A DNA stretch of 64,000 bases from an uncultured Smithella sp. (GCA_964608995.1 CAZSQS010000007.1:7843-71842), one strand, 5' to 3'. Positions 1 through 9,790 are shown, numbered from the stretch's first letter. Translations and numbers: made by a program. Notes: generated by a model not told the origin, from the letters alone.

Positions 1-764
1 TTATCGCCCTCGTTGTCGTGGGCCTGTTTCTGGGCGTCGATCCGGGCACCATGCTCCAGGTCGGCCAAACCCTCCAGTCGCCACCGGCAACGGTAGAACA
101 AGGCGTGCCTGCCGGCATGGATGATGAAGGCCGTCGTTTCGTTGCTGTGGTTCTGGCTGAAACCGAAAACGTCTGGAATGACGTTTTTGCCCAAGCGGGA
201 AGGCAGTATGAGGAACCGAAACTGGTCCTTTTTTCAGGCGCGGTGGAATCGGCCTGCGGAATGGCCGGGTCGGCCACAGGGCCGTTTTATTGCCCGGCAG
301 ATCAAAAAGTCTATCTCGATTTAAGTTTTTTCGATGAGCTCCACTCCCGCTTCGGCGCCTCCGGCGATTTTGCCCAGGCCTACGTCATCGCCCACGAAAT
401 CGGCCATCATGTGCAGACACAGCTGGGCATCCTCCAAAAGGTCAGCCAGCTCCAGTCACGTGTCGGCGAGGCACAAAAAAACAAATTGAATGTCATGCTG
501 GAATTACAGGCGGATTGCCTGGCCGGTATGTGGGCGCACCACGCCCAGAAGAATCGCAATATCCTGGAAGCCGGCGATCTTGAAGAAGGACTCAATGCGG
601 CAAGTGCCGTGGGAGATGACCGGATCCAGAAAAGGTCACAAGGGTATGTCGTACCGGACGCCTTTACGCATGGCTCATCGGCTGAGCGCGTAGCCTGGTT
701 TCGGAAAGGCTTCGAACAGGGCAGCATACAGGCCTGTGATACCTTCAGCGCACAGAGGCGCTAG
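1..764 (+). CDS. YpfJ-family putative neutral zinc metallopeptidase, 5' end outside window
   Basis: Frame 3 is open from the window edge to TAG at 762-764. The product has GPFYCPADQKVYLD, the zinc motif AHEIGHHVQ and LQADCLAG, which fits the YpfJ/PF04228-type family. Confidence 0.8.
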   Translation, partial: IALVVVGLFLGVDPGTMLQVGQTLQSPPATVEQGVPAGMDDEGRRFVAVVLAETENVWNDVFAQAGRQYEEPKLVLFSGAVESACGMAGSATGPFYCPADQKVYLDLSFFDELHSRFGASGDFAQAYVIAHEIGHHVQTQLGILQKVSQLQSRVGEAQKNKLNVMLELQADCLAGMWAHHAQKNRNILEAGDLEEGLNAASAVGDDRIQKRSQGYVVPDAFTHGSSAERVAWFRKGFEQGSIQACDTFSAQRR

Positions 765-805
765 GTGTCTTATTCATTAATGATCCCAAAAAGGAGGTGA
801 ACGAA

Positions 806-1015
806 ATGGCTGGAGAAGATGTAAAAAAATCTGACAAACAGGACCCCTGGGACGTCAAGCAATACCATGAAGTAAAAAAAGGAGACACCCTGTGGAAAAT
901 TTCCGAGAAATACTACGGAGACGGCAACCTGTATAAGAAAATTTTTGAAGCCAACCGCGATATTCTGAAAAACCCCGACGTAATTCAAATCGGGCAGAAG
1001 CTTCATATCCCATGA
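806..1015 (+). CDS. Small LysM domain protein
   Basis: AGGAGG at 792-797 lies 8 nt before ATG 806, so the track ORF start at GTG 797 is too close to the RBS. The LysM signature is YHEVKKGDTLWKISEKYYGDGNLYKKIFEANRDILKNPDVIQIGQKLHIP. Confidence 0.75.
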   Translation: MAGEDVKKSDKQDPWDVKQYHEVKKGDTLWKISEKYYGDGNLYKKIFEANRDILKNPDVIQIGQKLHIP

Positions 1016-1083
1016 TCGCGCAGTTGGACAGACAAAGCATTTCAACCTTTTCATGATTATTTAACCCATTAAAGGAGGACGGT

Positions 1084-1686
1084 ATGAAAAAAAATCTATT
1101 GATATTGGCGATCCTGGCATTGTTTACGGCAACGTTGTTTATCGCGTGCACTAATGCCGACAAAGGACCTGCGGAGCTGGCCATCAAAGCGGCCGAAGAA
1201 GCTGTGAGCGCCGCCAAAGCTGAAGTGGGGAAAATTGTCCCGGACGAAATGGCCAACCTTGAAAACGCGCTGACGTCCGCTAAGGAAAAACTCACCAGCG
1301 GTAAATTCAAGGAAGCCCTGGCGGAAGCGCAGGGGCTGGTCACCAAAGCCAAAGAAGTCGTTGAGGCGGCCAAATCCAAAAAAGATGAGCTGACAAATAC
1401 CTGGACAAATTTAAGTCAGGGACTGCCGAAAATGGTCGCGGCAATTGAAAGCCGCGTGGGCATTCTGTCTCAGGCCAAAAGCCTTCCCGCCAATCTGACC
1501 GCTGAAGCATTTGAAGAAACCAAACTCGGACTGGCCGAGGCAAAAGCAGGCTGGGCTAAAGCTCAGGAAAGTTTCAATTCAGGAAACCTCTCAGAAGCCA
1601 TCTCCGTGGCCAACGCCGTCAAAGAAAAAGCCGTCAAAGCCATGGAAACCCTGGGACTTCCGGTTCCCGCAGGCGCAAAACCCTGA
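1084..1686 (+). CDS. Ala/Lys/Glu-rich helical lipoprotein, function unknown
   Basis: AAAGGAGG RBS upstream. Signal peptide with lipobox LFIAC. The rest is a low-complexity helical sequence. Confidence 0.6.
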   Translation: MKKNLLILAILALFTATLFIACTNADKGPAELAIKAAEEAVSAAKAEVGKIVPDEMANLENALTSAKEKLTSGKFKEALAEAQGLVTKAKEVVEAAKSKKDELTNTWTNLSQGLPKMVAAIESRVGILSQAKSLPANLTAEAFEETKLGLAEAKAGWAKAQESFNSGNLSEAISVANAVKEKAVKAMETLGLPVPAGAKP

Positions 1687-1711
1687 TTTCAATTAAACAT
1701 TATCCTAAAAA

Positions 1712-1753
1712 CGGGGAAAAGGTCTGTCAGACTTTTTCCCCGCTCTTTTTTTT
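1712..1753. terminator. Hairpin plus T-run between convergent genes
   Basis: CGGGGAAAAGGTCTG / CAGACTTTTTCCCCG inverted repeat with one mismatch, followed by CTCTTTTTTTT on the plus strand. It overlaps the last codons of the minus-strand gene. Confidence 0.5.
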
Positions 1754-2317
1754 CAGGCGCGCCACCCCCCAGAGCCGCGAGCCCATCTTCCGGATCACCC
1801 AGATCAGGAAAATTCCGAGCAGAATCAGAGCTACGACGGGTACGAAAATGGCCAGAAGCGCGGTAATCAAAGACCCGCCCAGCTCCAGTGTGGAAAAGAC
1901 CGGGTTGCCGATCCCCCCTGTGACGGCGGCCGTTTTTGCGCGAAGCGCAACAGTGGATGCCTGAATCAATCCCGCGATACCGCCTCCGGCAATGAGCGCC
2001 ATGGTCCATTTCAGAAAAGGCGGCATCTCGACCAGCACGGCAGCCGTGGTCAGAGTTCCGGCAATCACAGCGGCCGGCGTTGCCATAACATCCAGAGCGG
2101 AATCGAACCAGGGAATATAGTAGCCCAGAATTTCCGCAACGGTTGCCGTGCCGAATGCTATTACCGCGTAGGGACTGCCAAGCCAGGAAAATCCATCCGG
2201 CAACGACAGATAACCACAAAGCGCCGCTAGGCTGAGGATCAAAAGCGGTACAAAAACCCGAAATCCGCAAGCGGCTGCCAGGCCGAGACCGACACCAATG
2301 GACAAAAGCGTTTCCAT
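1727..2317 (-). CDS. DUF4126-like integral membrane protein
   Basis: Gly/Ala-rich multi-pass membrane protein (GVGLGLAAACGFRVFVPLL, IAGGGIAGLIQAS) with a basic C-terminal tail. Start is taken at ATG 2317. The track ORF begins at TTG 2344 and neither start has a clear SD. Confidence 0.6.
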   Translation of the reverse strand: METLLSIGVGLGLAAACGFRVFVPLLILSLAALCGYLSLPDGFSWLGSPYAVIAFGTATVAEILGYYIPWFDSALDVMATPAAVIAGTLTTAAVLVEMPPFLKWTMALIAGGGIAGLIQASTVALRAKTAAVTGGIGNPVFSTLELGGSLITALLAIFVPVVALILLGIFLIWVIRKMGSRLWGVARLKKKSGEKV

Positions 2318-2593
2318 AAAAACAACATTCCAATTTAATTCCAAAGCTTTTCAAGACTATACAGGAATCTCCAGGCAGGCGCAATGTATCTTGGCCGTGA
2401 CATCCGGTAAAAAGAAGTTTTTAAAAATTTCCCCTGTATTTTTTTGACTCTCCGGTAATTTCTGATACGTTATTTCCTTGTTGTGCAAGCAAAATTGAAC
2501 AGGAGTTATGATTCCCTTGACATGGCATACGTCGTTCCATATACTTTCCACGAATAATTTAATATCACCATTGAAACGGATATCTGAATAAGT

Positions 2594-3790
2594 ATGAATC
2601 ATAATATTGTTTTCTCAGGAAGCCTGCTTTTTTTGTCCCTGGCCGATGTGTTTCAAATGCTTGCCGGGAATAACTGCACCGGCCTTTTGACCTTGAAGAG
2701 CCCCTATTCTCCTGACAATGGGCTTGTCTATTTTACGGAGGGAAATCCGGTCAATGCGCGATGGGGCGAATTGCAGGGTATCGAGGCGGTTTATGCCCTT
2801 TTCGGATGGACAGACGGACAGTACGATTTTTCCAATGAAGAATTCGCGGGACTTGAACCGGCTATCAAACAGAGCATGATGGAAATCATCCTTGATGCTC
2901 TGCGAATGCTGGATGAGGGAAAGATTGTCACGATCGGCCCCGAATCACCCATCCAGGGGGTTACAGAAGAAGGCGGCGCCGATGGCTCCAAGACGGATCT
3001 GGTGCATCCCATCAAGGGGCCGTCCATCGATTATCGCGGAGTCGCCATGGAGCGAAATTACACCAACAACGCGGTCATCGTCAAAGAAGGCTCTCACGGG
3101 AAATGGTTGTGGGTGATCTGTGAAGGCACGGTCAGAATCGTAAAAGAGACGCCCCGCGGCCCCCTGACCATTGCCAGGCTGGCGGAGGGCTGTTTTATCG
3201 GCACCATCGCCTCTTTATTGTATGGCGAATATGAACGCAGCGCCACCGTCATTGCCGAAGGCGATCTTCAACTGGGCATCCTCGACGGAGAAGCGCTTCA
3301 CCGGGAATATTCTTTATTGTCGGAACCCTTTAAGAAGATACTGCTGGGACTGAATAAAAGACTAAAAATGATCAACACGCTCGTGGTTCGAGGCTATACA
3401 GGAAATTATTCAAGAGCCCTTCCAGAAGATGAAGTCACGGACGATGAATACCAAAACAGTTCGAACCTGTATATCATCCGGGAGGGCGCGGCCCACGTCA
3501 TCGGCAAAGGACCGGGCGGCGATGCGCCGCTCATCTCACTGGGCCCGGACGATTTCTTCGGCAGAATTCCGTTCATGGCTTTCGGCCACGAACCGCTTTA
3601 CGCCCGGGTCATGACCTCGTCGCCTTTTGAAGCGGAAATTCTTGACAGCCTTGCGCTGCAAAAAGAATATGACGCACTGTCTCAGACCTTTCGAAATTTC
3701 ATTTTCAGCACGGCTACCAACATCGCCATGACCACGAAACTTTTTTATCATTTTCTCAACAATAACCGCCCCTCCCCGGATCCCCAATGA
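2594..3790 (+). CDS. DUF4388 (PATAN-like) domain protein with two cyclic-nucleotide-binding-like domains
   Basis: N-terminal LSLADVFQMLAGNNCTGLLTL...GEGIEAVYALFGW pattern typical of DUF4388. This is followed by two cNMP-binding-like segments (VIVKEGSHGKWLWVICEGTVRIV... and LYIIREGAAHVIGKG...FFGRIPF). Confidence 0.65.
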   Translation: MNHNIVFSGSLLFLSLADVFQMLAGNNCTGLLTLKSPYSPDNGLVYFTEGNPVNARWGELQGIEAVYALFGWTDGQYDFSNEEFAGLEPAIKQSMMEIILDALRMLDEGKIVTIGPESPIQGVTEEGGADGSKTDLVHPIKGPSIDYRGVAMERNYTNNAVIVKEGSHGKWLWVICEGTVRIVKETPRGPLTIARLAEGCFIGTIASLLYGEYERSATVIAEGDLQLGILDGEALHREYSLLSEPFKKILLGLNKRLKMINTLVVRGYTGNYSRALPEDEVTDDEYQNSSNLYIIREGAAHVIGKGPGGDAPLISLGPDDFFGRIPFMAFGHEPLYARVMTSSPFEAEILDSLALQKEYDALSQTFRNFIFSTATNIAMTTKLFYHFLNNNRPSPDPQ

Positions 3791-3821
3791 CGGACAAAAT
3801 TTTTTACCCGGTGGTTTCCTC

Positions 3822-5057
3822 ATGAAAAAACGACTGATTCTTTTTATCGGCCTGTGCCTGTTGGCAGGTCTGGCTTTCACAGGCTGTTCAAAGCACTCCG
3901 CTATTCTGCTCGATACGGGCGAACTGCCCAAAGATTATTCACGCCCTCTGCCCGAAGGCGAGCTGGCGCTTCGAAAAATTACCGATCCCGCCCAGATTCC
4001 CGACTATACACGCGCACTCGCCGATCTGGAGGGACTGGCCGAAGCCATTGACCGAAGCCTGAGCTATCTGTCCAAGCCGTCGAGCCGGCAGTTTTACCCC
4101 TATGGCGAGATCACGCATGACGGAGCCGTTAAGACGCTTCAGGCACTCAAGGCGCTTGTCACCTCCGGCATCCCCCCCGAACAGATGAACCTCGCCTTGC
4201 GGGAAAAATTCGACACATACATTTCCGTTGGCTGCGACGATCGGGGAACCGTCCTGTTCACCGGGTACTATACCCCTATTCTCGATGGATCGCTTGTCCG
4301 CACGGAGCGTTTCCGGCACCCGCTCTACGCATCACCGGATGATCTGATCAAAGACGCGGATGGCCAAATACTGGGACAGCGGGTTTCCGAAAACGAGATC
4401 CAGCCATATCCCTCACGGGTGGATCTGCAAAGCTCGGGTCAGCTTGAAGATCGGGAAATCGTCTGGCTTTCTGACCCGTTTGAGGTTTATATCGTCCATG
4501 TGCAGGGCTCGGCCAAGATCCGCCTGCCGGATGGGCAGGTGCAAACTTTCGGTTATGATGCGCACAACGGCTGGGACTATCAAAGCATTGTCCCCAAAAT
4601 GATTGCGGATGGAAAACTCGCCACAAAAAACATCAACCTCCAAGCCCTTATCGACTACTTCAAGGCGCATCCAGACGAAGTGGATAACTATGTTAACATC
4701 AATCCCCGGTTTGTTTTTTTCAAGACGCAAGACGGCAGGCCACGGGGATCGCTCAACGAACCGGTGACCCCGTTTCGAACCATTGCCACCGACAAATCCG
4801 TCTATCCGCGCGCCATGTTCGCCTTTGCCGCCGTGGATCTGGCTCGCCCCATCGGATTTGCCCTCGATCAGGACGCAGGAGGCGCCATCCGGGCGCCCGG
4901 CCGCTGCGATGTGTATATGGGCGAAGGGGAGCAAGCCGGCGAACTGGCCGGCGGCACCTATCGCGAAGGGAAACTGTATTACTTATTTTTGAAGCAGGCG
5001 GTGGACCCGTCAGCGCTTACCGGTCAATCGCCTGCATCTGGAAGCGTTGTCCCTTAA
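3822..5057 (+). CDS. mltA: Membrane-bound lytic murein transglycosylase A (lipoprotein)
   Basis: Lipobox LAFTGC. MltA-type motifs are GYYTPILDGS, VHVQGSAKIRLPDG, RFVFFK, TIATDKSVYPRAM and DAGGAIRAPGRCDVYMG. Confidence 0.85.
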   Translation: MKKRLILFIGLCLLAGLAFTGCSKHSAILLDTGELPKDYSRPLPEGELALRKITDPAQIPDYTRALADLEGLAEAIDRSLSYLSKPSSRQFYPYGEITHDGAVKTLQALKALVTSGIPPEQMNLALREKFDTYISVGCDDRGTVLFTGYYTPILDGSLVRTERFRHPLYASPDDLIKDADGQILGQRVSENEIQPYPSRVDLQSSGQLEDREIVWLSDPFEVYIVHVQGSAKIRLPDGQVQTFGYDAHNGWDYQSIVPKMIADGKLATKNINLQALIDYFKAHPDEVDNYVNINPRFVFFKTQDGRPRGSLNEPVTPFRTIATDKSVYPRAMFAFAAVDLARPIGFALDQDAGGAIRAPGRCDVYMGEGEQAGELAGGTYREGKLYYLFLKQAVDPSALTGQSPASGSVVP

Positions 5058-5724
5058 AGCTGAAGAACGCGGCCTGGCGGGTGATTTTCAGCACTTTCAG
5101 CCCATCCGGCCGGGACTGACCTTCTTTGAGTGTATGCTCGTTGATCTGAACAAAGCGTTCATTGATGTCGGCACTGTAGAAATGTAAAAATATCTTGATT
5201 TCAGGAACGCGGCTTCTCGCCTCACCAGGCAATTTGTTAAGCGGCGGATATTTGTCGGCAGAAAAATTCCCTGTCTCCCCTTCACGAACTGGCGTTTGCT
5301 CTGTGTGCATATCCGTGGAACGCTCCGGCACGCGATCTGGCACATTCGCTGCGGGCTTCTCCTCCGGGGCATACGCCATATCCTCCTGTTTTTGCAGAAG
5401 CGGCGGATCGAGCGGTTTTTGGGATTCCTGAATCAATTTGGCATCGTATTCATACATCGGCTCAGGCGCAACGCTCGCCGCGTCCGGCGCCGTCTGGTTG
5501 TGAGCCGTGCTTCCCATTTTTGAAGCGGTTTTCGTCTGCTGAGCCCACCAGTAAATCCCCGCGACGTTGATGACGATTAACAAAACCGCCAGCGCCGCCA
5601 CATAGGGCCACCATTTTTTTCGATCGCGCGGCGGCTGATGATGGTGGTCGGAAAAAAGGTCCGGCGCCGCGCCGCGATGACGGTTCTTTTCGATTTTTTT
5701 CAACCCTTCGAGGATGTAAGACAT
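5017..5724 (-). CDS. GspB/ExeB-like single-pass membrane protein
   Basis: N-terminal MSYILEGLKKIEKNR motif and one TM helix (WWPYVAALAVLLIVINVAGIYWW). The start overlaps the stop of the upstream ExeA-like gene (TAATG). The 3' end overlaps convergent mltA by 41 nt. Confidence 0.5.
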   Translation of the reverse strand: MSYILEGLKKIEKNRHRGAAPDLFSDHHHQPPRDRKKWWPYVAALAVLLIVINVAGIYWWAQQTKTASKMGSTAHNQTAPDAASVAPEPMYEYDAKLIQESQKPLDPPLLQKQEDMAYAPEEKPAANVPDRVPERSTDMHTEQTPVREGETGNFSADKYPPLNKLPGEARSRVPEIKIFLHFYSADINERFVQINEHTLKEGQSRPDGLKVLKITRQAAFFSFKGQRFQMQAIDR

Positions 5725-7355
5725 TAACGATTAACCTTTCTGCTTTCCAGTACCGGCGGTGTGTTATCGACCAGGCCTTGCAGATAGGCGACGGTCATCG
5801 GCCCAACCACTCCGTCCGGCGTCAGTCCCACACTGCTTTGAAACTTTTTTACCTCATTGGAAAGCTGTTCATCATAAATTCTTTTTCCCGTCATCGGCCG
5901 CTTTTGGATGATCGACAAATGCCTGTCGAGCCAGATCACCATCCGCCCGCTCCTTCCGATGCGCAGCTTCTGGCTATACTCGGCAGGCGGACGCCACAAG
6001 AGCGTAAAGTCGCCGCTCCAGATCAGAAATATTTCCTGAATGGCGTAAGTGTTGATAATCAGACCCTCGGCGATTTCCGCGTGATTGTCATTGAGCGACA
6101 TCAGGGTCACATAAAAATGTTTGTTGGTTTTTTCGTCCAGCAGCTTAAGAACGGCCGGTTTATTCATGGTGCGTAAGTCCATCAGATTCCCTTTGGACTC
6201 AATCGCGCTCAACCCCTCCCGGGCGGCCTGCCGCGCAATGCTTTGCTGCCTTGAAGGATCAAACGGCAAACTCCACAATCGAAAGAGTGTCTCATAGGCG
6301 TGCCTCGCGGTTATGGTTTTTTCATTGGGAGAGGGCTTGGCCAGAACTTGCCCCGCCGGTTTCATCTCGCTTTTGATGTTTGAAACCGTCACCTGGGTTT
6401 GGGGGGTATCTTTCTTCTGCGCCCTGGGCAAAACCGGCGAGGAGGAGATATTGGCGCGCCACATCAGCATGGCGAAAACCAGCAAAACAAGACTCAGTGC
6501 GGCGGCCCCGGCATAGACCAGCTTCTTTCGCGAAAGGCTTCGCCCATTGCCGACCACTTCCGCCGCCGCTGTCGCGAGGGTTTTTTTATCCACCTCATCC
6601 CGATTCTGTATGAAGGCGCCCACCAGAGCCCGGTCGCAAATGGCGTTGATCAGCCGGGGAATTCCACCCGAAAGCCGGAAAAGCAGATTCAGCGTGTCAT
6701 CGGGAAACAGGCGCCCGCGCCGCCATCCCGCCACGCGCAGACGGTGCTCAACGTATTGCCCCACCTCGGTTCGCGACAGAGGCCCCAGATGGTAGCGGGC
6801 CGTAATGCGCTGCGAGAGCTGGCGCAACTCCGGCCTGGACAACAGATCCAGAAGCTCCGGCTGCCCCAGCATGATGATCTGCAAAAGCTTTTTTTTGTTG
6901 GTCTCCAGATTCGTCAGCAGGCGGATCTGTTCAAGAACATCGGGCGTAAGATTTTGCGCCTCTTCAATAATCAGAATCGCGCGCCGTCCCTTCTCGTGTG
7001 TCTGTAGAAGATAGGTGTAAATTTCAGAAACCAAAACCTTGTTGCTGTTGGTCCCTTCGGGATACAGTATGGAAAACTCATCGCAGATGCTGGCGAGCAA
7101 TTCAACGGAGGTGACTTTCGGATTCAGGATGAAGGCAATATCGGCGTTGTCCGGCGCCTGCTCGAGCAGGCAGCGGCAAACCATGGTTTTTCCCGTGCCC
7201 ACTTCGCCGGTAAGCAGAATGAATCCACTGTCGGCGCCCATGCCGTAAATGAGATGCGCCAGCGCTTCCCGATGCCCGTCGCTCATATAAAAATAATGAG
7301 GGTCGGGCGCAATCGAAAAGGGATTCTCCTTGAGTCCAAAATACTCTTTATACAT
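5724..7355 (-). CDS. ExeA/GspA/MshM-like AAA ATPase with C-terminal peptidoglycan-binding domain
   Basis: FGLKENPFSIAPDPHYFYMSDGHREAL, Walker A LTGEVGTGKT and a Walker B-like ILIIEEAQ. One TM helix. C-terminal FQSSVGLTPDGVVGPMTVAYL matches a PG_binding_1-type motif. Confidence 0.8.
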   Translation of the reverse strand: MYKEYFGLKENPFSIAPDPHYFYMSDGHREALAHLIYGMGADSGFILLTGEVGTGKTMVCRCLLEQAPDNADIAFILNPKVTSVELLASICDEFSILYPEGTNSNKVLVSEIYTYLLQTHEKGRRAILIIEEAQNLTPDVLEQIRLLTNLETNKKKLLQIIMLGQPELLDLLSRPELRQLSQRITARYHLGPLSRTEVGQYVEHRLRVAGWRRGRLFPDDTLNLLFRLSGGIPRLINAICDRALVGAFIQNRDEVDKKTLATAAAEVVGNGRSLSRKKLVYAGAAALSLVLLVFAMLMWRANISSSPVLPRAQKKDTPQTQVTVSNIKSEMKPAGQVLAKPSPNEKTITARHAYETLFRLWSLPFDPSRQQSIARQAAREGLSAIESKGNLMDLRTMNKPAVLKLLDEKTNKHFYVTLMSLNDNHAEIAEGLIINTYAIQEIFLIWSGDFTLLWRPPAEYSQKLRIGRSGRMVIWLDRHLSIIQKRPMTGKRIYDEQLSNEVKKFQSSVGLTPDGVVGPMTVAYLQGLVDNTPPVLESRKVNR

Positions 7356-7361
7356 AAAAAC

Positions 7362-8354
7362 CTACAACAGGCGCTCCGCGCCGGTAACCATCACCGTTGT
7401 TTTAATCGATCCGGGAGGTTCGCTGGTGAACACGATCATAAAGGGAATTTGCCCGTAGGGAATTACCCGTTCATTCGAGTTGTTGATGCCCTCCGGCTGT
7501 GAAAGATGCTTGATAATTTCCTCCTCGGAGAGGTTGGCCAGCTCTTCATCCGTCAGAATATTCCCTGCATAGCTGGTTCGCTCGCCCAGCACAACGGAAT
7601 ATGCGTCGAGAATCTCCCCCTTGATGCGTATGCGGGCGACTGGGTAATCGGCTTCGTTAATCAGCGTCCCCTCGACAATACGAAGATTGCCCAAAACAAA
7701 ATTATTGGCAATCCGCTGACGGATATCCTTGATTTTCACCTGCGTGGCCACGGTCTGGCCATCGGCGGAATAGGTCGCCTCGCCACCGATGAATTTCCGT
7801 GCAAGGTCAACATAACGCGCGCCGATGTCCGGAAAAAACACCCAGTAAATCAGTGCCGGAATGACAACAATGACCAAAACCGCAAACAGCGCAACTTTCC
7901 AGGCCTGGCCTTTTTTGCGCACAGGCGGCGGCGCCATCGCTTCTTCTTCGAAATCATCGTCATCTGCGACGGATTCCGTCTCTGAATCGACAGGCGTACC
8001 CTCTGACAGATCAATGTCTTCGAGCCGGATATCTTCGCGTTTGACCGGTTCAAACGCCGGATTGGCCTTTTCCTCGATGATAGCCTCAACGGGTTTTGTC
8101 CCGGGTTGATCAGGCGGCACCGCTTTCGGCGGGGCTTCGGCTTTTGCGTCAATAAAGGCCGGCGCGAAGGCCGGGGCATTGACCGCTTCTTCCGGCACGA
8201 TATCCGGCGCAGGCTCCACGTGCGGTTTGCTGCGTGGATTCTCCTGAAAGAAAACATGATGACAGCGGCTGCAGCGCATCCATAATCCATCGTCTTCCAT
8301 CTGCGCTTCGTTAAAACGGAACTTGGTCCGGCACTGCCGGCATTGCACGATCAT
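7362..8354 (-). CDS. MJ0042-type zinc-ribbon / DUF3426-like membrane protein
   Basis: N-terminal CRQCRTKFRF...MRCSRCHHVFF double CxxC zinc ribbon, an acidic/Pro-rich linker, one TM helix, and a C-terminal beta-rich domain as in DUF3426 proteins. Confidence 0.65.
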   Translation of the reverse strand: MIVQCRQCRTKFRFNEAQMEDDGLWMRCSRCHHVFFQENPRSKPHVEPAPDIVPEEAVNAPAFAPAFIDAKAEAPPKAVPPDQPGTKPVEAIIEEKANPAFEPVKREDIRLEDIDLSEGTPVDSETESVADDDDFEEEAMAPPPVRKKGQAWKVALFAVLVIVVIPALIYWVFFPDIGARYVDLARKFIGGEATYSADGQTVATQVKIKDIRQRIANNFVLGNLRIVEGTLINEADYPVARIRIKGEILDAYSVVLGERTSYAGNILTDEELANLSEEEIIKHLSQPEGINNSNERVIPYGQIPFMIVFTSEPPGSIKTTVMVTGAERLL

Positions 8355-8381
8355 AGGCGTTCCTCTTTTGCTGACACCCCA

Positions 8382-8906
8382 TCAGACTTGCACGATACAA
8401 ACATCCGGCAGGAATCGGTCCTGCTCATTGTAATCAAGCCCATATCCGACGACAAATCCATCCTCCATCGTAAAACAGACATAATCTGCTTCCAGGGGAA
8501 CCTCCCTGCGCCTGAGCTTGTCCAAAAACACGCACACCTTAATCGACCTGGGATTTCTCTTTAGCAGGGTATCGATAATATAGCGAAGGGTCAGACCCGT
8601 ATCAATAATGTCCTCCACCACAATGACATCCCGGCCTTCGATGGCCATCTCGATGTCTTTGGTGAGACGAATCTGGCCGGAGCTTGTAGAACCGGCGCCA
8701 TAACTGGCCGCGCGGATGAAATCCAGCTGGCAGGGAATGGTGAGCTCCCGCGCCAGGTCCGCCAGAAAAATAAAAGCGCCCTTGAGCACACCGATCAGTA
8801 ATATTTCGCTGTCCGGATAATCTCTGGATATGTCGCCTGCAACTTCTTTGACCCGCCGCGCAATTTCGCTTCGGGAAAGAAAAACCTCCCTGGATGCCTC
8901 AACCAT
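8382..8906 (-). CDS. hpt: Hypoxanthine phosphoribosyltransferase
   Basis: LLIGVLKGAFIFLADLAREL and the PRPP-binding motif DVIVVEDIIDTGLTL. ATG 8906 has an AAAGGAA upstream. The track start at 8912 is a TTG. Confidence 0.9.
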   Translation of the reverse strand: MVEASREVFLSRSEIARRVKEVAGDISRDYPDSEILLIGVLKGAFIFLADLARELTIPCQLDFIRAASYGAGSTSSGQIRLTKDIEMAIEGRDVIVVEDIIDTGLTLRYIIDTLLKRNPRSIKVCVFLDKLRRREVPLEADYVCFTMEDGFVVGYGLDYNEQDRFLPDVCIVQV

Positions 8907-8968
8907 GAACAATTCCTTTAAATATCGTGGAATTTTGGGAAAATACTACTCAAGATCACCGCCGCCTG

Positions 8969-9790
8969 TCAATATAAATTCCAACGACGGCACAAGGAAA
9001 CAAACGCATTGATATTATCCCACACCATTTTTTCCGCCGCATCCAATTCTTCGGTACAGGAAAATTCGGATGACAGACTCAGCAGGATGGGATTAAGCGG
9101 GGAGATCTCCCGCCCGAATTTTTCATAGTCAATGTGAGAGATCATGTACTGCGATCCGTCGAAATAATATTTACCCAGGCGGTTGGCTTCTTCCGAATGA
9201 AACGGCCAGGCCATTTTCCAGGATAAATATTCAAGCGCCGTTTCGCTGAGCCCGGGGAGATCAAAATCTTCCGCTTTGATTTCGCGGCCGATACGATCGG
9301 CAATCAGCTTAAAATACGTCACGACCAGATCGATGTCTGTCAGGCACAGGCCATACAGATACCAGTCTTTAATCAGCTTGAGCAAAATAAGCTGCTGGGA
9401 GCGCGGTATAAAATGATGGCTGGGGCACAGATGACCCGCGCAGACTTCCTGCCCGTAAAAAGAGACGCCGCGCAGATCCACGCCGCCATTTTGCAAAGGA
9501 TGCAAAAGACAACCGACGCGTTTTTCGTCGGCATCGAGAAAGCCCAGATACTCGCAGCAGTAAATGACTTCATAGCGCTTGCGGAAATCCTCCGAAGCCA
9601 GCGTCTCCTGCGCATAGCGCTCCACATCGGCGGGGGCCTTGACCATTTCGCGGAAACGTCTCGTCCGCGCGCGAAGTCTTTTTGTCAGGGATTCCCGCGA
9701 CGAATCCACATAATTATATAAACCGCAGCAGGCGCCGCAGGATTTTCCCGGATCCGGCTGGCACAACACTTTGATATCCGCAGACGACAT
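8969..9790 (-). CDS. Hypothetical Cys-rich protein (CxxCC motif, YkgJ/UPF0153-like N terminus)
   Basis: 273-aa ORF with SCGACCGLYNY near the N terminus and further Cys/His clusters (CAGHLCPSHH). No other domain recognised. Confidence 0.45.
   Translation of the reverse strand: MSSADIKVLCQPDPGKSCGACCGLYNYVDSSRESLTKRLRARTRRFREMVKAPADVERYAQETLASEDFRKRYEVIYCCEYLGFLDADEKRVGCLLHPLQNGGVDLRGVSFYGQEVCAGHLCPSHHFIPRSQQLILLKLIKDWYLYGLCLTDIDLVVTYFKLIADRIGREIKAEDFDLPGLSETALEYLSWKMAWPFHSEEANRLGKYYFDGSQYMISHIDYEKFGREISPLNPILLSLSSEFSCTEELDAAEKMVWDNINAFVSLCRRWNLY

Noticed and set aside
2357-2602. An 81-aa minus-strand ORF filling the gap between the DUF4126-like gene and the DUF4388 gene.
   Set aside because: It has no RBS, no motif and AT-rich non-coding character, and it overlaps the start of the plus-strand gene. 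The region is more likely promoter sequence.
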